Assembly: GCF_964188315.1 (NCBI RefSeq)
Contig: NC_135665.1
Location: forward strand, 32,612,001 to 32,676,000
Direction of reading: 5' to 3'
Source: Podarcis muralis
Taxonomy: Eukaryota
DNA length: 64,000 bases
A program made the position numbers and the translations under genes. Below, piece after piece: positions 22,779-35,840 of this stretch. The first letter of the stretch is position 1; each line of letters starts with the position of its first letter. The notes under the pieces were generated by a model. That model had not been told where the DNA came from. It saw only the letters and a list, made by a program, of their open reading frames with translations, and searched no databases.

Positions 22779-23349
22779 TGTCAGAGCTGCCCTAGGTCCC
22801 AGCTCACAAAGGACCAACGCCAGTTCGTTGTTATATAAAACAGTCTTTATTGAAGTTCAGTTTCGCTTTCACAGCCATGGCGCGCAGCTCTACGTCTCAA
22901 ACTCTAGACCGCCGAAGCTCCATCTGAATCTCCTCCCCCCAGACACCAGTTTAAGACTCTAGCCTTGCTCCACCTCTTCCTCTGCTCTCTTCTCCTCTGG
23001 GCCCGCCTGTCCGCTGGGGTCTCGCCTCTCCTAGACTCTTCTGACGCTGAGTCTCCTGAGTCCTCCCCTCCCTCCGGCGGGCTTTAGGACCTGGTTCCCA
23101 ATCCGGGTTTCCTGCTGTACTGTACATTCGAACTTGGCGCGCGCGCCCAGCCGGCCACCTTCCTCCTGACCGTTACACTGCTCCTGTCACTGCTTCCCCC
23201 TTCGGGGAGGCTAGCTGCACCTGACTCTCCCTCCGTTCCCTCACTCTGTGATGGAGGCGTGGCCACCCCTGACTCATGCTCTCTCCCTGCTGGAGGAGAA
23301 GCTCTCCATCCCCTCTCTCCCCTGTGCCTCTGCTCCTGAGCCCCTGACA
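22779..23349 (-). mobile_element. Young solo LTR (Gypsy-type), 571 bp
   Basis: Inverted termini tgtcag/ctgaca, perfect 5-bp TSD acaac (22774-22778, 23350-23354), minus-strand AATAAA at 22851-22846, TATA-like cttaaa at ~22955, many intact CpGs. Confidence 0.92.
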
Positions 23350-23971
23350 ACAACAAATAAAGATTGTGTGCGGATGACATAGAAAAAAGTACTCGGTTTC
23401 CAATTATTTGAGAATAACATGTTGTCTGTCCATTGCCTTAAAATGGCACTTGAACTTTAGGAATACTAGGTATAGTGGAGCAGAACTGTTCATTCCAATA
23501 TATTCTAAATCTCGTAGCATTTTAGAAAAAGTGAAAAATTCTCAATCTTGGCAGCTCTCTTCAGGCACTGCAGCAAACGCCTGAGAGCTTAAACTGAGGA
23601 GGTGCATTCAGAGGTGAGAAAAGTGTTTTATAGTCGCCTATTTTCTCAGGTGCCCATTGTCAGATCTTGAAGCGGGGGGAACAGGAGGTATGGGAAACTT
23701 GGAGGTAGAGGAATGTTGTTCTTAGTTTATTTAAATATTAATCATTTGCTTTCTTGTTTCTGAATTTACATTTATTCCCTTATATTTATATCCTGTCTTG
23801 CAACATGGAACCCAAGGTGGTGTGCATGAGGTTCTTAGGCACATGTCTAGGCATTGACAAGATTGAGACTTGCTTAGTTAGCTTCAGCAAAGTGGTCGCT
23901 TCATGTGCCTTCATGCTGTTTCCTCATGTTAAGCCCAGAGTGTGATAGGCAGTTGTTATTCCAGCAAAGAC

Positions 23972-24076
23972 TCATTGAATTGTAGAGTTGAAAGGGACCC
24001 CTTGCAATGCAGAAATCTCAGCTAAAGCATCTATGACAGATGGCCATCCAACCTCTGCTTAGAAACCTCCAATGAA
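23972..24076 (-). mobile_element. CR1 3' end fragment
   Basis: Reverse complement of gcagaggttggatggccatctgtc...cccttccaactctacaattc. Homologous to 38439-38924. Confidence 0.8.
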
Positions 24077-24084
24077 ATGAATAG

Positions 24085-24312
24085 TACATATAAAAAAGTG
24101 TGTGCTATTGAAAATGATATGTACCAATGCATTGTTATGGGGGGGGGGGGAATTGCTTGGGGGAAATGCATACACAAGGCAAAATGACAAACAAAAAACA
24201 CACAGAAATTTTCATGTGGATTTTTTTTAAAAAAGAAGTGTATGCAGAAATGAGATGAACCAAAATTAGTCAAACAGAAAGAAACTGAAACAGACAAATC
24301 CACCCATTCCTA
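24085..24312. mobile_element. Fragment of the TAGGGATG-terminus MITE family
   Basis: Ends ...cacccattccta, with an AT-rich body similar to 53909-54337. Confidence 0.5.
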
Positions 24313-26415
24313 ATTACAAAGTGAATTACAAATTCAGTTGTTTCACTGACTGAATCAGATATTAAATGGAAGCATAGCACCAGAACACAAAGGCAGGCAG
24401 AGACACACACAGAGTTTTTCACAGCTGGAGCTGAAGTGAGGAAGAAGCTAGGTGAGGGATAGGATTTTGAGATGGCAGTTTTGGAACTGGAGGTCGGAGA
24501 CTACACCCAAATTAATCCCAATCATAAACTAATCAAGAGATGTGGATGTGGCCCCATCTTTAAAAAACAAAAGAAAAATGAAAACAGCTTTACATATGAG
24601 TATAGTCGTTCACTGACAGCCTGATCAACATAGTTTCCTGTGCTTAATTCCCATGCTTAATGAATTCAGATGCCACCAGCTGGTCTTAAAAAATCCCATT
24701 GTTTAAATAAATAAGAGCAAAAGAGAGAGCTATGAGCTGGTAAGAAATAATAAATACAAATCATATTGGGTCAGCAAACACAATTATCAGTCAGTGGTTC
24801 AATTCAGATATCATGCCAAATCATGGTTTGTGAAGACAAACCATTGTTTCATCTTTCAGCAAGCAAATCATGAATTGTAGCTGCTTGTCCGCTTCCATTT
24901 TCCCTCTGCTTAGCACTCAAGTGTTTAGGTACTGTGGCCTCAAGAGGCGGAGCAACAACCATAATGATTCATCATGTCAGAGATCAAAGGAAATGAAAGA
25001 ACTACATTTCCAAAGCATGTTTTCGACTCTGATCTACCAGCCTTTTGCTGACCATAGATTTTTCACTTCATGCATCATTCGAACCCAGATGTTGTTATGT
25101 TCCAACTCCCATCGGCCCTGTCAACATGACCAGTGGTTAGCAGTGAGGTATTGTCCATCCTTGGAGGGTCACAGGTTTCCTAACCCACCTGCAAATGATA
25201 GCTAAGCTTTCTTATCCAGAATATGGAGTGAGGTTTGAATTGAGCTAAATCCTCCTTTGATTACACATATGTAAATTGATTACTTTGATTACTCCAGTAT
25301 TTGCTGTACTTGTAATGACTGATTCCTTGCGCCCTTTTCTAAAGCAATTGCAGGAGCATCTGATAACGTTTATTACATACTGAACGATAGGCAGTATAAT
25401 GATTCATGCACCACGCACCATCTTAGTCCCAATGATTCTTTCTGTGTATTATCTGAGGGGTTTTTTTTTTTTTTTTACTACATTCCCCTTTTCAACATGA
25501 ATCACAAGTATTATTCTTTTAAACATACAATCTGTCCTCTTTAACTCCTTGCAACCCCCACAGGGAAAGTGTTTGGAAAACCACACAAATCTCAAAATAA
25601 CAATATAAAATTAGAACTCAAAATGCTGTGACCCTCCACATTTTCCTTCAACATATTGGAGCCCACCTACAGTAGCTATTTTGGTTCAGCAGAAACTGAA
25701 CTGCAGCCATGCTGCCAAGACTACAGTGAGTAGGATAATTACGAAAAGTGTAGGGGTTGTTGATTTTTATTGTGTCTGAACAGCATTCGAAACCAAATGG
25801 CTCAGCACAATCATTATCTTGGTGGGTGACAGCCCACTCCACAATCCATTTAAACCAAAGGTCTTGGATTTAGAAGCTGAATAAGAATCACTGGAGTCAA
25901 TGGGACTTCAGCTAATCTAATGAAGGCCACGAGACTTCAATGGAACTGAACACAGAAGTCAGCTGAATCATTTCCCTCCAACATCAGCCATGATTTCTCA
26001 TGCTGCTGCTGAACCCGCAGTCGGAAGGCATGCTATTTGTGTTCATAATTCAGAAAGCTAGTTTGTCAGGTGTATGAGATAATCCTCGATAAAATGAAAC
26101 CACAGGGTGGGTGGGGAAGATCAACACCCATGAGGTGGGGGTGGGGGTTTTCTTTTAGCAGGAGAAAATAAGATTAATAAAATGGAAATGGTCCTAATTT
26201 TTTAACATTTAACAATTGCTAGTGTTTTGAGAGCTGCTGCTTTACTGTGAGTTCACATTTGGTGCATATCATGAATGCTTCTATTTATTCCAAGATTAAA
26301 TCTTTCACCAATTAACCATTCAATTTAAAGCTTGCAAGCCTAGGTTACATTTGCTTACCAAGTTGACCTCAGAAGACCAGATTAGGGGACATGCAGATCT
26401 ATAAACTAGGCATAA

Positions 26416-26585
26416 GGGAGAGGGTGATAGCTCAGTGGTAGAGCATTTGTTTTGCATGCAAAACAATTCAGGTTCAATCCCAGACATTTCCAGGTATGGC
26501 TGGGAAGCCTATCTGAAACCCCAGAGAGCCACCATTAGTCAGTGTTGATAATAGTGAGCTTGATAGACTTTTGGTCTGACATGGG
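26416..26585 (+). mobile_element. Squam2-like tRNA SINE
   Basis: tagctcagtggtagagcatttgttttgcatgc...caggttcaatccc head and ctgaaacc...gagagcc...agtcagtgt body. Confidence 0.8.
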
Positions 26586-27464
26586 CTGTATACACACAAC
26601 ACATTTAAAGCACATGACATCCCCCAAGAAATCCTGGGAACCATGGGTATCTGCAAAAATAAAACTAAAAAGTGGGGGCAAGGTCTATGCCTTTTAACTA
26701 CAGGCTGCTAACTTAACTACTTGCAGTCTTTACACAGTAATGGTCCAGCATTGTGTTAGTTGGTAAAAATTTAACACATCTGAGAGAAGATTTGCTTATG
26801 GTATATATTTCCCTATATCCAGCGCTTCCTGTCATTCAGGTTGCACAGCCTTGATAGCTGCCTCCATCATCTCAGTTGGGACATTCTCATCCCCTCCCGC
26901 TGGGTCATATTATGTATGTGCTCAGTGCTCTGTAGCTGTCTTCTGCTTTATGAAGTAATTGCATATATCCTTAGCTAAACAAATGGAAATGGATCTGCTT
27001 CTTTGTCTTGTTTCGTTAGCAAGCTTGTGCCTTCTTTTTGACCTTCAACCAAACAACTAGCACTAAGTTTCTGCTTGCCAAGAAAATGATTTCTGCAACT
27101 CATTTCCTGAGAGCCTTGTCAGCAATTTTGGTTTCTGTTCTGCCGGGTTACTTTTGGTTTCTATTCTTGGCCTCTGCCCCTCAAAAAGAAGGGTTGTGTC
27201 CAGCAAGCAAGTACCTCTCTAATCACAAAAATCTACCACCACACCTTGGCTTATATTATCATTGTATTTCTAGGGTTTCCAAATCTTGTAACATTTTCAG
27301 AAGCAGCACCCTTAGATCAGTACAGGCAGCATTTACCTGAGCCGCCTTCTGACCCAGGAAGGTTTTCCTCCAGAAAAGTCCATGTTTGGTAGCCCCTCAG
27401 TAGAAGAAGTCTCAGAAATCACTCTAAAGGTCTTGTTGACTAGCTGACACTCAGGCTGGGAATT

Positions 27465-27586
27465 GCAGTTTATCCCTCACCAGAGATGCAATTCCTAGCA
27501 CCCTTAGCAAACTACAGTTCCCAGGATTCTTTGCGGCAACTCATGTGCTTTTAATGTGCTTCAGAAGGTATGGTGTGTACACAGCC
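27465..27586. mobile_element. Partial PIF/Harbinger-like MITE
   Basis: Right end tatggtgtgtacacagcc|tca. Same family as 31007-31174. Confidence 0.6.
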
Positions 27587-29324
27587 TCAGTATATGGCAG
27601 CTTCCTACGAGCTACATTTTTAGACAACCCATGGAACCATGCCCTCTAGCAAAGTCTGATGTGGAAGCTTCCATATTCTTTTAGGAGCACGGAAGAGCTT
27701 CTCACAGCTGCAACTCCAAATAAGTATTATTGTTCTTTTACCAATTTAAATCCAGCAAAGGCACTTATATACACACAGAGAGAGAGACAAGCCCAAATGA
27801 GTCCATACAGGCATGGATATGAACACAGTGAGTGGGCAATTCTCTTGCAGACGACATGGCAAATGTCACTTAGGAAGACTATGAGCCAATAATAGCCATA
27901 TACCCTTCCAACAGCAGGCCTCTCTGTCAGTTAAACTTCGTAATCTCCCAGAATACACCACAACACCCCCACACACTTTCCTTTCTGAAATTCTCCAGAT
28001 AGTTGTCCATCTGCCAAGAAAGCCTGGTCCAAATAAATAAAGGCCACGCTGGATATCTGCAGAATGCAGATGCAGTTCTTTAACTTCAGTCAAATCTAGA
28101 GACATCCTGGTGAACTTGAAATAATGAATATGCAAGAACCCGTTATCAGTGATAATTGTGACAGCAGTCGTCCCCCCACTACAAACACACATAAACATTG
28201 TAGCTATTCTGACCATTCTGTTTTTGTTTTGTTTTTCACCGGAAGATGATGGATGAAATATTAAAAGGTGCACTTAAGGTACATTCTTCAGATGTAGGTT
28301 GAACTGTCAGATAAGCAAACCAAGAAATCAAACACTGACTCAAGCTGGTGTTTTCACCCCAAAGCAATTGAGCCTTCAAAAGAAATGCTTAAGGGACCCA
28401 ACTGCCTTTTCCGCCTGTTGCCCTTTTCCAAGGGGGGAAAAACATATTAGGGAGTGTGATTTCCCTCAATGATGGAAGAGGTTTGCTTGGCACTCCTCTT
28501 TTCAAGATCACAGGAATTCAAACATGGTCAGTGTAGAGATAATGACGGGGCTTTTTGGTTGCTGGCAGCAAAGATGGTGACTAATGCCTGCCTCACAGGA
28601 AGATGAACAAGAATGATTGCACAGTCAAACCCTCGGCTTCAGATTATCTCCTCATCTCATCCCTCTCAATTGTCCTGCCCTTCCCATTCTCAAGCACCTA
28701 GCAGCACTTTGATAATTTCCCCCGGTCAAAGAAAGTGAGGGTGGGGCAGTGAAGGAGGAAGGTGTGAATGAGCCTGGAAGGGGCATCCCCAGGAGTGAGA
28801 GAGCACACTTTTATATTTTGATGTGTCGTACCTCTTGAGTCCAGTTCAAATATGACTCACATTACATGGAGATATTTGAAAAAAAAAAGCTTCTGTGTGG
28901 AAGCTCTCCGCTTGGTGAGGCATCATATTTGTCCTGGGCTTACCACACAAGTCATCTCAGCCACATGAAACGGCTACTTCATTGCTGCATTCCCTGCTGG
29001 CAGCTGCAGTAGAGACATTTCACCAAATTCTTTGACTTACACATCAAGTACATTGCAAAAAGTTTTATTTGCTGGAGCACCATAACGCAACAACACTACT
29101 TAGATTCTTCACTGTGGACTGAGTAATATTTGAATTGGCCCAGCGACTTCATGGATCTGGTTTTATCTTTTTGTAAATTGCTTTGAGATTCCCCCCCCCC
29201 CCCAAAAAAAGTCAAGCAGTGTATAATTTTTTTTGAAAGAAATATCGAGTTGTTGTTTTTTTCAAATAAAGGGTGGCAAACTCTGAAATTATACCAAATT
29301 GTTGCCCAGCGCAATAGATACTCT

Positions 29325-29530
29325 TCTATTCAAGTATCTGAAGGGCTGTCACATGGAAGATAGAACAAGCTTGTTTTGTGGGGGCCCAGAAAGTAGGCCC
29401 CGAACCAATGGAATCAAATTGCAAGGAGATTCCAACTAAACATCTGGAAGAACTTTCTGACAGTAAGAGCTGTTTGACAATGTAATAGACTACCTTGGAC
29501 TCTTCTTCATTGGAGGCTTTTAAACAGAAC
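29325..29530 (+). mobile_element. CR1 ORF2 3' fragment
   Basis: ttcaagtatctgaagggctgtcacatggaag...aactaaacatctggaagaactttctgacagtaag. Homologous to 38439-38924. Confidence 0.85.
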
Positions 29531-31006
29531 ATACTGAGCATTGTACAATGTGTTCCACAAATCAATCTCAAAAAAGCTGTTGCTCCAGTGTCAATTTTCT
29601 GCTTTTATTCTGTTTACACTCACACAGAACACATTGGTTCTGACTTTCATTACAGAGGACTCCCCATTTTCTTGCCACGGGGGGTGGGAGGTGGGTAGCT
29701 TCACAGGGTAGAATAAGATTCTATCCTTCTATAACAGCAGTTCAACAATGTATTGAACCAATTGCTGGGGTGGAGGACACACTCTAGGTGCGCATTTCCT
29801 GCATCAAACCACTGTGTGTGTGTACTAAATGGCCTACAAGTTTGCCCTCCATTCTATTATTCTAAGAGGCCCAAGCACAACCCAAGTCACGTTTGGCAGC
29901 AATAGGCCTCCCCTTACCTTTCTGAGCCCTTTAAGTGTTGAGCGGGCTGCAATGTCCTCACTCTGCTGCTAGTGCAACCTGAGGGAGTCTTGCCCACTTA
30001 TGGTAGGCTGCCTCTTAGCTTCCATAAGTGCACCAAGCTACTGGCCCTGTCACTACTTCCTCGCCTCACAATGGAGCATAAAGTAAAGGATGCCTCAGGT
30101 AACATGGTGCCTATCTCTCAAGTAATTCCAAAAGAAGCCTAAATCCTGCCAAAAAGCATAAAGATTCAAGTTCTGGGCCCACACTTGATATACTTTCATC
30201 AAAGCTTTGGTTCCAACCCAGATTTAAATCTGTTCCATCTTCTAGCTTGGCAGTGTGAGTATGTGTTGGTATTTATTGTTGTTTGCATGGGCCTTTACCT
30301 CCTTTCCTCCTCTCCCCTCCTGTACAGCTATTTGTACTAGTCAGAAATATACATATCATAACAAGAATAGGCTGGATTTCCTACCCTGCTTGCAGATTAC
30401 GCATCCATGAAGTGCCAAGGAAATGCCTTCACTTACGAACAAGCTTGACCTTTGGTCCGTCATAATTTCCTCTCTTTTTTGGATCATTTTACTGAGAACG
30501 TACTGCCTGAATGTATTTCATAAACTGATATGAATTTGATCTTCCTCACCCCACCGTTTGCTAGAAAGCTGGTGATGGTTTAGCTTTGATAGCAGCAGGT
30601 GGTAATCCAATGTGACTTGGATTTCCTAAAGCAATAACTTTTGGCAGCTTCGCTCCTCATTGTGAGGATGCATTTCTATTTTTGGCCATACCTTGTGGCA
30701 GAGCCATAAATATAGAAAGCCTAATGGACAAAGGATTTTTTTTTAAGTTGCATGGCATGAACCCCATTTTCTTTATTAGAGAACAAAAGAAGGAATCCTA
30801 ATGCACTTTTTTAACGCACCACGTGTATTTCAAATGTAGCACACTGTTGCTTAAATAGAAAAATATATATATGAGGATCCTGCAGAAACAAAGTATTTTG
30901 CAGTGCAGACTGCTCCCTGTTCAGCTGGCCAGTTTTGCCCTGTCCCAAGATCCTCAATTCCATTTTCTCCTCCCAGTCTTTTCTCTCCACATTCCCTCCA
31001 CAGTCA

Positions 31007-31174
31007 GACTGTGTACACACCATGGATTTAAAATACACAACTTTCCCCCAAGAACCTTGGGAACTGCGGTTTGTCCCTCACAGGGCAACAATTACAAGCA
31101 CCCTTAGTAAATGCCAGTTCCCATGATTCTTTGGTAGAAGCCATGTGCTTTAAATTTATGGTGGGCACACATCC
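31007..31174. mobile_element. PIF/Harbinger-like MITE
   Basis: Termini gactgtgtacacacc / ggtgggcacacatcc, 3-bp tca on both flanks, internally palindromic. The superfamily is inferred from the 3-bp TSD. Confidence 0.6.
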
Positions 31175-32764
31175 TCAGTCAGCAAGTCCAGTTCTCATTA
31201 GACTGTTTTTGGGGCTCCTCACCTTTAGGGTTCCCCCCTAAATATGTTTTGCACTTCTGCAAATCTTGGAGATCCTCAAGCATGCTGAAACTGTGTGTGT
31301 GTGTGTGTACATTGCCACTTCCTCCCTGCAGAATGGAAAAGATAATGCAATCTGCTGCAGAAGTTACTGTAAAATGAATTTATACTTTTACTACCCTTTG
31401 ATGAAGACTGCAATCTGAAACATCTGGATCGAAGGAGGATCAGTGCAATGGAAGGTCATGGGCCTCCCTATAAATTGGCTGTTACTTTCTTTTCATATAT
31501 ATAAAAAAGATACTTTATAACTCTTTATAATAAAGAAGTTTGTTAGCTCTTGGGTATTGCAATGAAGAATGCCTTTGGAATGTCTTTCTACATGACTACT
31601 GTTGCACGCGACCCCAATCTCTCAGTGGTGCAAGATTCCAGGATACCTGGTACTTACCTAGGCTTTGTCTTTTCTTTTGGGAATGAGGCAAAGTGGAGAC
31701 TGTGGTTTCTTTATGACATACGGTTTATTCACACACATAAACAAGTTGAGCCTACGATGGAGGGGTTCACAGTATAAACACCTCAATGGGGTCGTGTTTC
31801 TCCCACAGTCACAGACTAGTGCTCTCAAATATTGCTCTGGCTCTTGCTCAGCCTCCAGCTTGTTGCTTTACGTCTAGATCACATCCCTGCTTCCCCAAAA
31901 TTTTGAACTCGCCTACGCATTTGCCATCTTGTACCCTTTTGCCCCTTAACTCCCCCTTAATGACTTATCAACCAGGTTATCACCTCACCAGGAGGCTACC
32001 CTGGCTATTCCAAGAATTAGAAGCCTTGATTAAATTACAACACTTGCTGGAGCCAGGGATTACAGGGGTCTGGCACTCATCTTAACATAACACTGTGCTC
32101 ACACAGAACAAGACATCTGTCCCCAAATCTACAAACAGCCAAAATACAGCTTTCTTGTTAGCAAAGGCATTATAACACATGTCATCAAAAAATGATAGTA
32201 AAATACAATTGCACTTTTAACCCAGCACCAGCACAATAACAGCTTATTCCTTTCTAACAAGTTCCAGTAAATCAGAATCTCTTCAGGACTCCCTCTTTCT
32301 CTTTGGTGCACAATCCCAGTCTGTTTCGTATCCTAAAGCAGTTTACTCCGTCTCCCACATTTGGCAGCCCCAAAATGTTGACTTTTGACATGTTTAACCC
32401 GGGATGCAAGCCACTGTACCAGAGCTGTGTTACTCAAAGACTTTGTTTATTCTTTCCTTTGTGCTAATGCAGCACAAAGCAACTTACAAACAAACACATA
32501 GTTACCTGAACCATTCCTAAAAACAGTTCCCCTCATCACAAACAAGCAAGAAGTACAAATCAACAGCATTTCAAAAACCATTGCCAAAACTTGCAGGAAA
32601 TGTCCCTGCAGCAAATAAGCAAACAGTCCCAAAAAGCACAACCCTGTTCTAAAAACTGCAATACATTTTGTATAGCCACTGCAATTTTCAGTCAAGGATT
32701 TGGACTTCTACGGTGATAATATTCTGTTCGCATTTCACTTTTTGAAAACAAACAAATAAACTAA

Positions 32765-32972
32765 CCCCCCCCTTTCTGGTAGCACCTTAGAGAACAACTA
32801 AGTTTGTTATTGGTATGAGCTTTCGTGTGCATGCACACTTCTTCTGAAGAAATGTGCATGCACACAAAAGCTCATACCAATAACAAACTTAGTTGGTCTC
32901 TAAGGTGCTACTGGAAGGGGGGGGATTATTTTATTTTGACTCCAGTAGACCAACACGGCTACCTACCTGTAA
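32765..32972. mobile_element. Penelope-like element (PLE) pseudo-LTR fragment arranged as a long inverted repeat
   Basis: Arms agcaccttagagaacaactaagtttgttattggtatgagctttcgtgtgcatgcacacttcttc / tgaagaaatgtgcatgcacacaaaagctcataccaataacaaacttagttggtctctaaggtgct, followed by agaccaacacggctacctac as in squamate PLE termini. Confidence 0.8.
32844..32878 (+). ncRNA. Degenerate minimal type I hammerhead ribozyme core (probably inactive)
   Basis: CUGAAGA (32844-32850), self-complementary stem II tgtgcatgcaca, AAAA in place of GAAA (32866-32869), then GCUC. The mirror core on the minus strand keeps GAAAGCUC but has CAGAAGA. Confidence 0.6.
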
Positions 32973-35202
32973 ATAAAATAAAGTGTGGCACATCAAGTTT
33001 GGTGGAACAACCAGAAATCTCTCAGGACTCTCACAAAACTACAATCACCAAAATATCTTGGAGAAGTTTAAGAATAACTAAATCAGCCTAAATGGTTAGA
33101 TTTGTAGTGTTCCATATCAAGAAAAATCAGGATAATATATTCCGTAAAGAATTTAAAATGGCTACCCCTTACATTATTATCCCCTTTAAAAAGTATTATT
33201 CTTCAGAACTATACATGCAGAATTAACATGTTTCATGTATTTCAATACTGAGGAAAACTAGGCAGTAGTGGTTCATTTACAGCACATTCCTACACGTGTC
33301 TTCTCTGAAGTGTTTAAGAGTGCAGCCCTAATGTATTTAACAGTGATAAATAAAGATATAGTGCAAATGAACCTCAAATACTTTCCGAGCAATATCCTGT
33401 AAGAGTATGATTCCTAAAAAGCAGCTTCCTATTGAGTGGAAAAAGTAATATGAGGGATCTGTGTTATTCTAAATAATAGCACAGGAAGGGGTGAGTGGAA
33501 CAGAAACCAAGAAAATATAGCGCTTTTTAAAAAGCACACCATCAAATCTTTGGGCTTTATTTGGGTTGATGAGCACTCATAGAACTCAGACACTGTACAT
33601 GTCCGTTTGTTAATATTGTGAGATATTATGTCATTCTAGCTGGGAATTGTTTAAATACTCCTGGTTGCATAGGAACCGAGTTTCCCTAAAATGAACTTTC
33701 ACATAAGCAGTGAACTTTAATTTTCACATCATAAAAGAACCTGTATGTCATGAATGGCCAACTCAGATCATAGTTCCGTACACACTGCTAAAAAAAAGTG
33801 GCACTTCCATTTCTGCAATGGGGAGCCTCAGGTTACATCATTTCCTACTCTAACCACAACTCATTGTTGTTCAAGTCAGTCCCCCAAACCCTTGAGAATG
33901 GCTTTTCCAAGGACGAAAAGTCCTGCAGTGTGAAGGAAAAAAGATGGGAAAATTCCATTGCATGGATCTCTCTACATCCAAGCTAGTCTTCCCCTTTGTA
34001 GTTGTGTTAATCTAGAACACACTGACTTTAGTCAGAGAACCAGTGGGGAATACCCTTTATCTTGCTTATTTAGTTATTTATTTGCAGGAATTTTACCTAA
34101 CTCTTCAACTGAAAAAGGCCCCAGAGCAGCTTTCGAATATCTGCAACAGGGCAGTCCTTGCTCTACAGTCTAAAAGACATGACACGGAAGGAAGTGAGAC
34201 TGGGAAGGAGGAGGGGGAAAGCAAACTCAAACACGACTTCTTAGCTACAGAGTTTTTATGACGACCTGCTGGAATGGAAATAATTCAAGGGAAAGAAGAA
34301 CCTAAAGTATCTGGTCTCTTAGCAGAGCTCATGGAGAGGGCCTTCATTCCTGTTTCTCCCGCCATTATAGTCTGATGGAATGGCTCCAACTGGAGGACAC
34401 CTATCCTCAACTTTATATGGACTGTTATCAAACTTTCACCAGATTCACATGTGCCCCAGGTTGTGACCCTCACCAAAAAGAGGTTGCTTATTGTGAAGAT
34501 TAACAAAAGTGAACCATGACAGATCAAAAGGATAAACGACAGGATTAAAAGCCTTATCTGAGAATAACACCCTGCCTATTGCTAAGATGAATATTTCTAG
34601 CCTCTTACACCATAGGCTAGAACTCAATTGCCAAGTTCAACATGTGGAGCAGTGAGGTGGTTTTATCTAAAAGTGTAGAGATTCAAAGCACGAACCCTGA
34701 GCAATAGATCAAAGGCAACAGCTTTCACTGCACCAATATATTAATTAGAAGTGTGAGCATTTTCTGGAGCACAGGTGTAATATCTGTATCCAAGATGGAC
34801 CACTAACTAAGCAGTGTCTTGTGCAGCCTTTCAGGCAATAAATATAACAACTCAATTCGGGAAGGCCAACGAATGACAAATGCCTGCAAACACTGAGAGA
34901 ACATCCGTATTTTCATTGAGTGCATTCTCCTCTTCTGAATTATTTGCTGATCTCACAAATTCTGCTTTTGAACATGCAAGGAACTCAGTTATGTTAATAA
35001 AAATAAGAGCCCTTTAATTGCTGAACCATATTTGAGGGAGGCATGGTATCATACTACATTCCTGGCTAGGACTCTATACCCCTCACCAGGAACAGAAAAG
35101 ACAGATATTTCAGCTCACAAAGTTTCATTCAGATTTAGGTATCCATCATCAATGTATCTATGACTTGCAGCCAAGAGAATCACAATAGACGGTCTGCCCT
35201 GA

Positions 35203-35241
<39 letters not shown>

Positions 35242-35252
35242 ATCTATCTATC
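35203..35252. repeat. (TCTG)n(TCTA)n compound microsatellite
   Basis: Direct observation. Confidence 0.95.
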
Positions 35253-35394
35253 TTTCTTCCTTCACACAGGGACTGATCCCACTTATTGTTCACTAAAACA
35301 TAAACAGAGAGGCAATAAAATAACTCTGCAGATTTGCTGTTTTGGAGTTAGAGCACAATCTGGAGAAACAAAGCTCCAGAATAATGCTACAAAC

Positions 35395-35840
35395 CTTGAT
35401 TTTTTAGTATCCCACCCTTCCTCCCAAAGGAGCCCAGGGGCAGCAGACAACAAGTGATAAAACAATAAATAGTAATATTAATAATAAAAACAATTCCAGT
35501 CCAGATACAGACTGGGAAAGAGAACAACTTTAAAGTCTTGTTAAAGGAGGAAGGTCTTCAGTAGTCAGTGAAAAGACCATAGTGACAGCAGCTGTCTTAT
35601 ATTCCAGAGGGGAGGCTTCCAAGTGGTAGGTGCCACAATGCCAAAGACCCAATTCCTACATTGTGCAGGACAGATCTCCTGATGGCATCTGCAGGAGGCT
35701 TTCAGCTGCAGCACATGATCAATTAGGTTTATAAAGAGATGAGACCATTTTCAGGTATCCTGGTCCCAAGCTGTATAGAGCTTCATTCACAAAAATCCAG
35801 CACCTTGAACATAGCCCAGTAGCTAACAGCAGGGTAACGA
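35395..35840 (-). mobile_element. L2-type LINE 3' fragment
   Basis: tttagtatcccacccttcctcc...ggagcccagggg tail, and caggtatcctggtcccaagctgtatagagctt...ccagcaccttgaa typical of antisense L2 ORF ends. Confidence 0.7.

Noticed and set aside
23084-23403. Acidic/Ser-rich ORFs
   Set aside because: They lie inside the solo LTR and reflect its purine skew
26416-26500. Possible tRNA gene (also 57262-57330)
   Set aside because: Stems are broken and the sequence continues into a SINE body or tail, so these are SINE heads rather than tRNA genes
27866-28273. 135-aa ORF, and the 152-aa ORF at 15671-16129
   Set aside because: No recognisable domain or convincing splice context. ORFs of this length arise by chance in 64 kb
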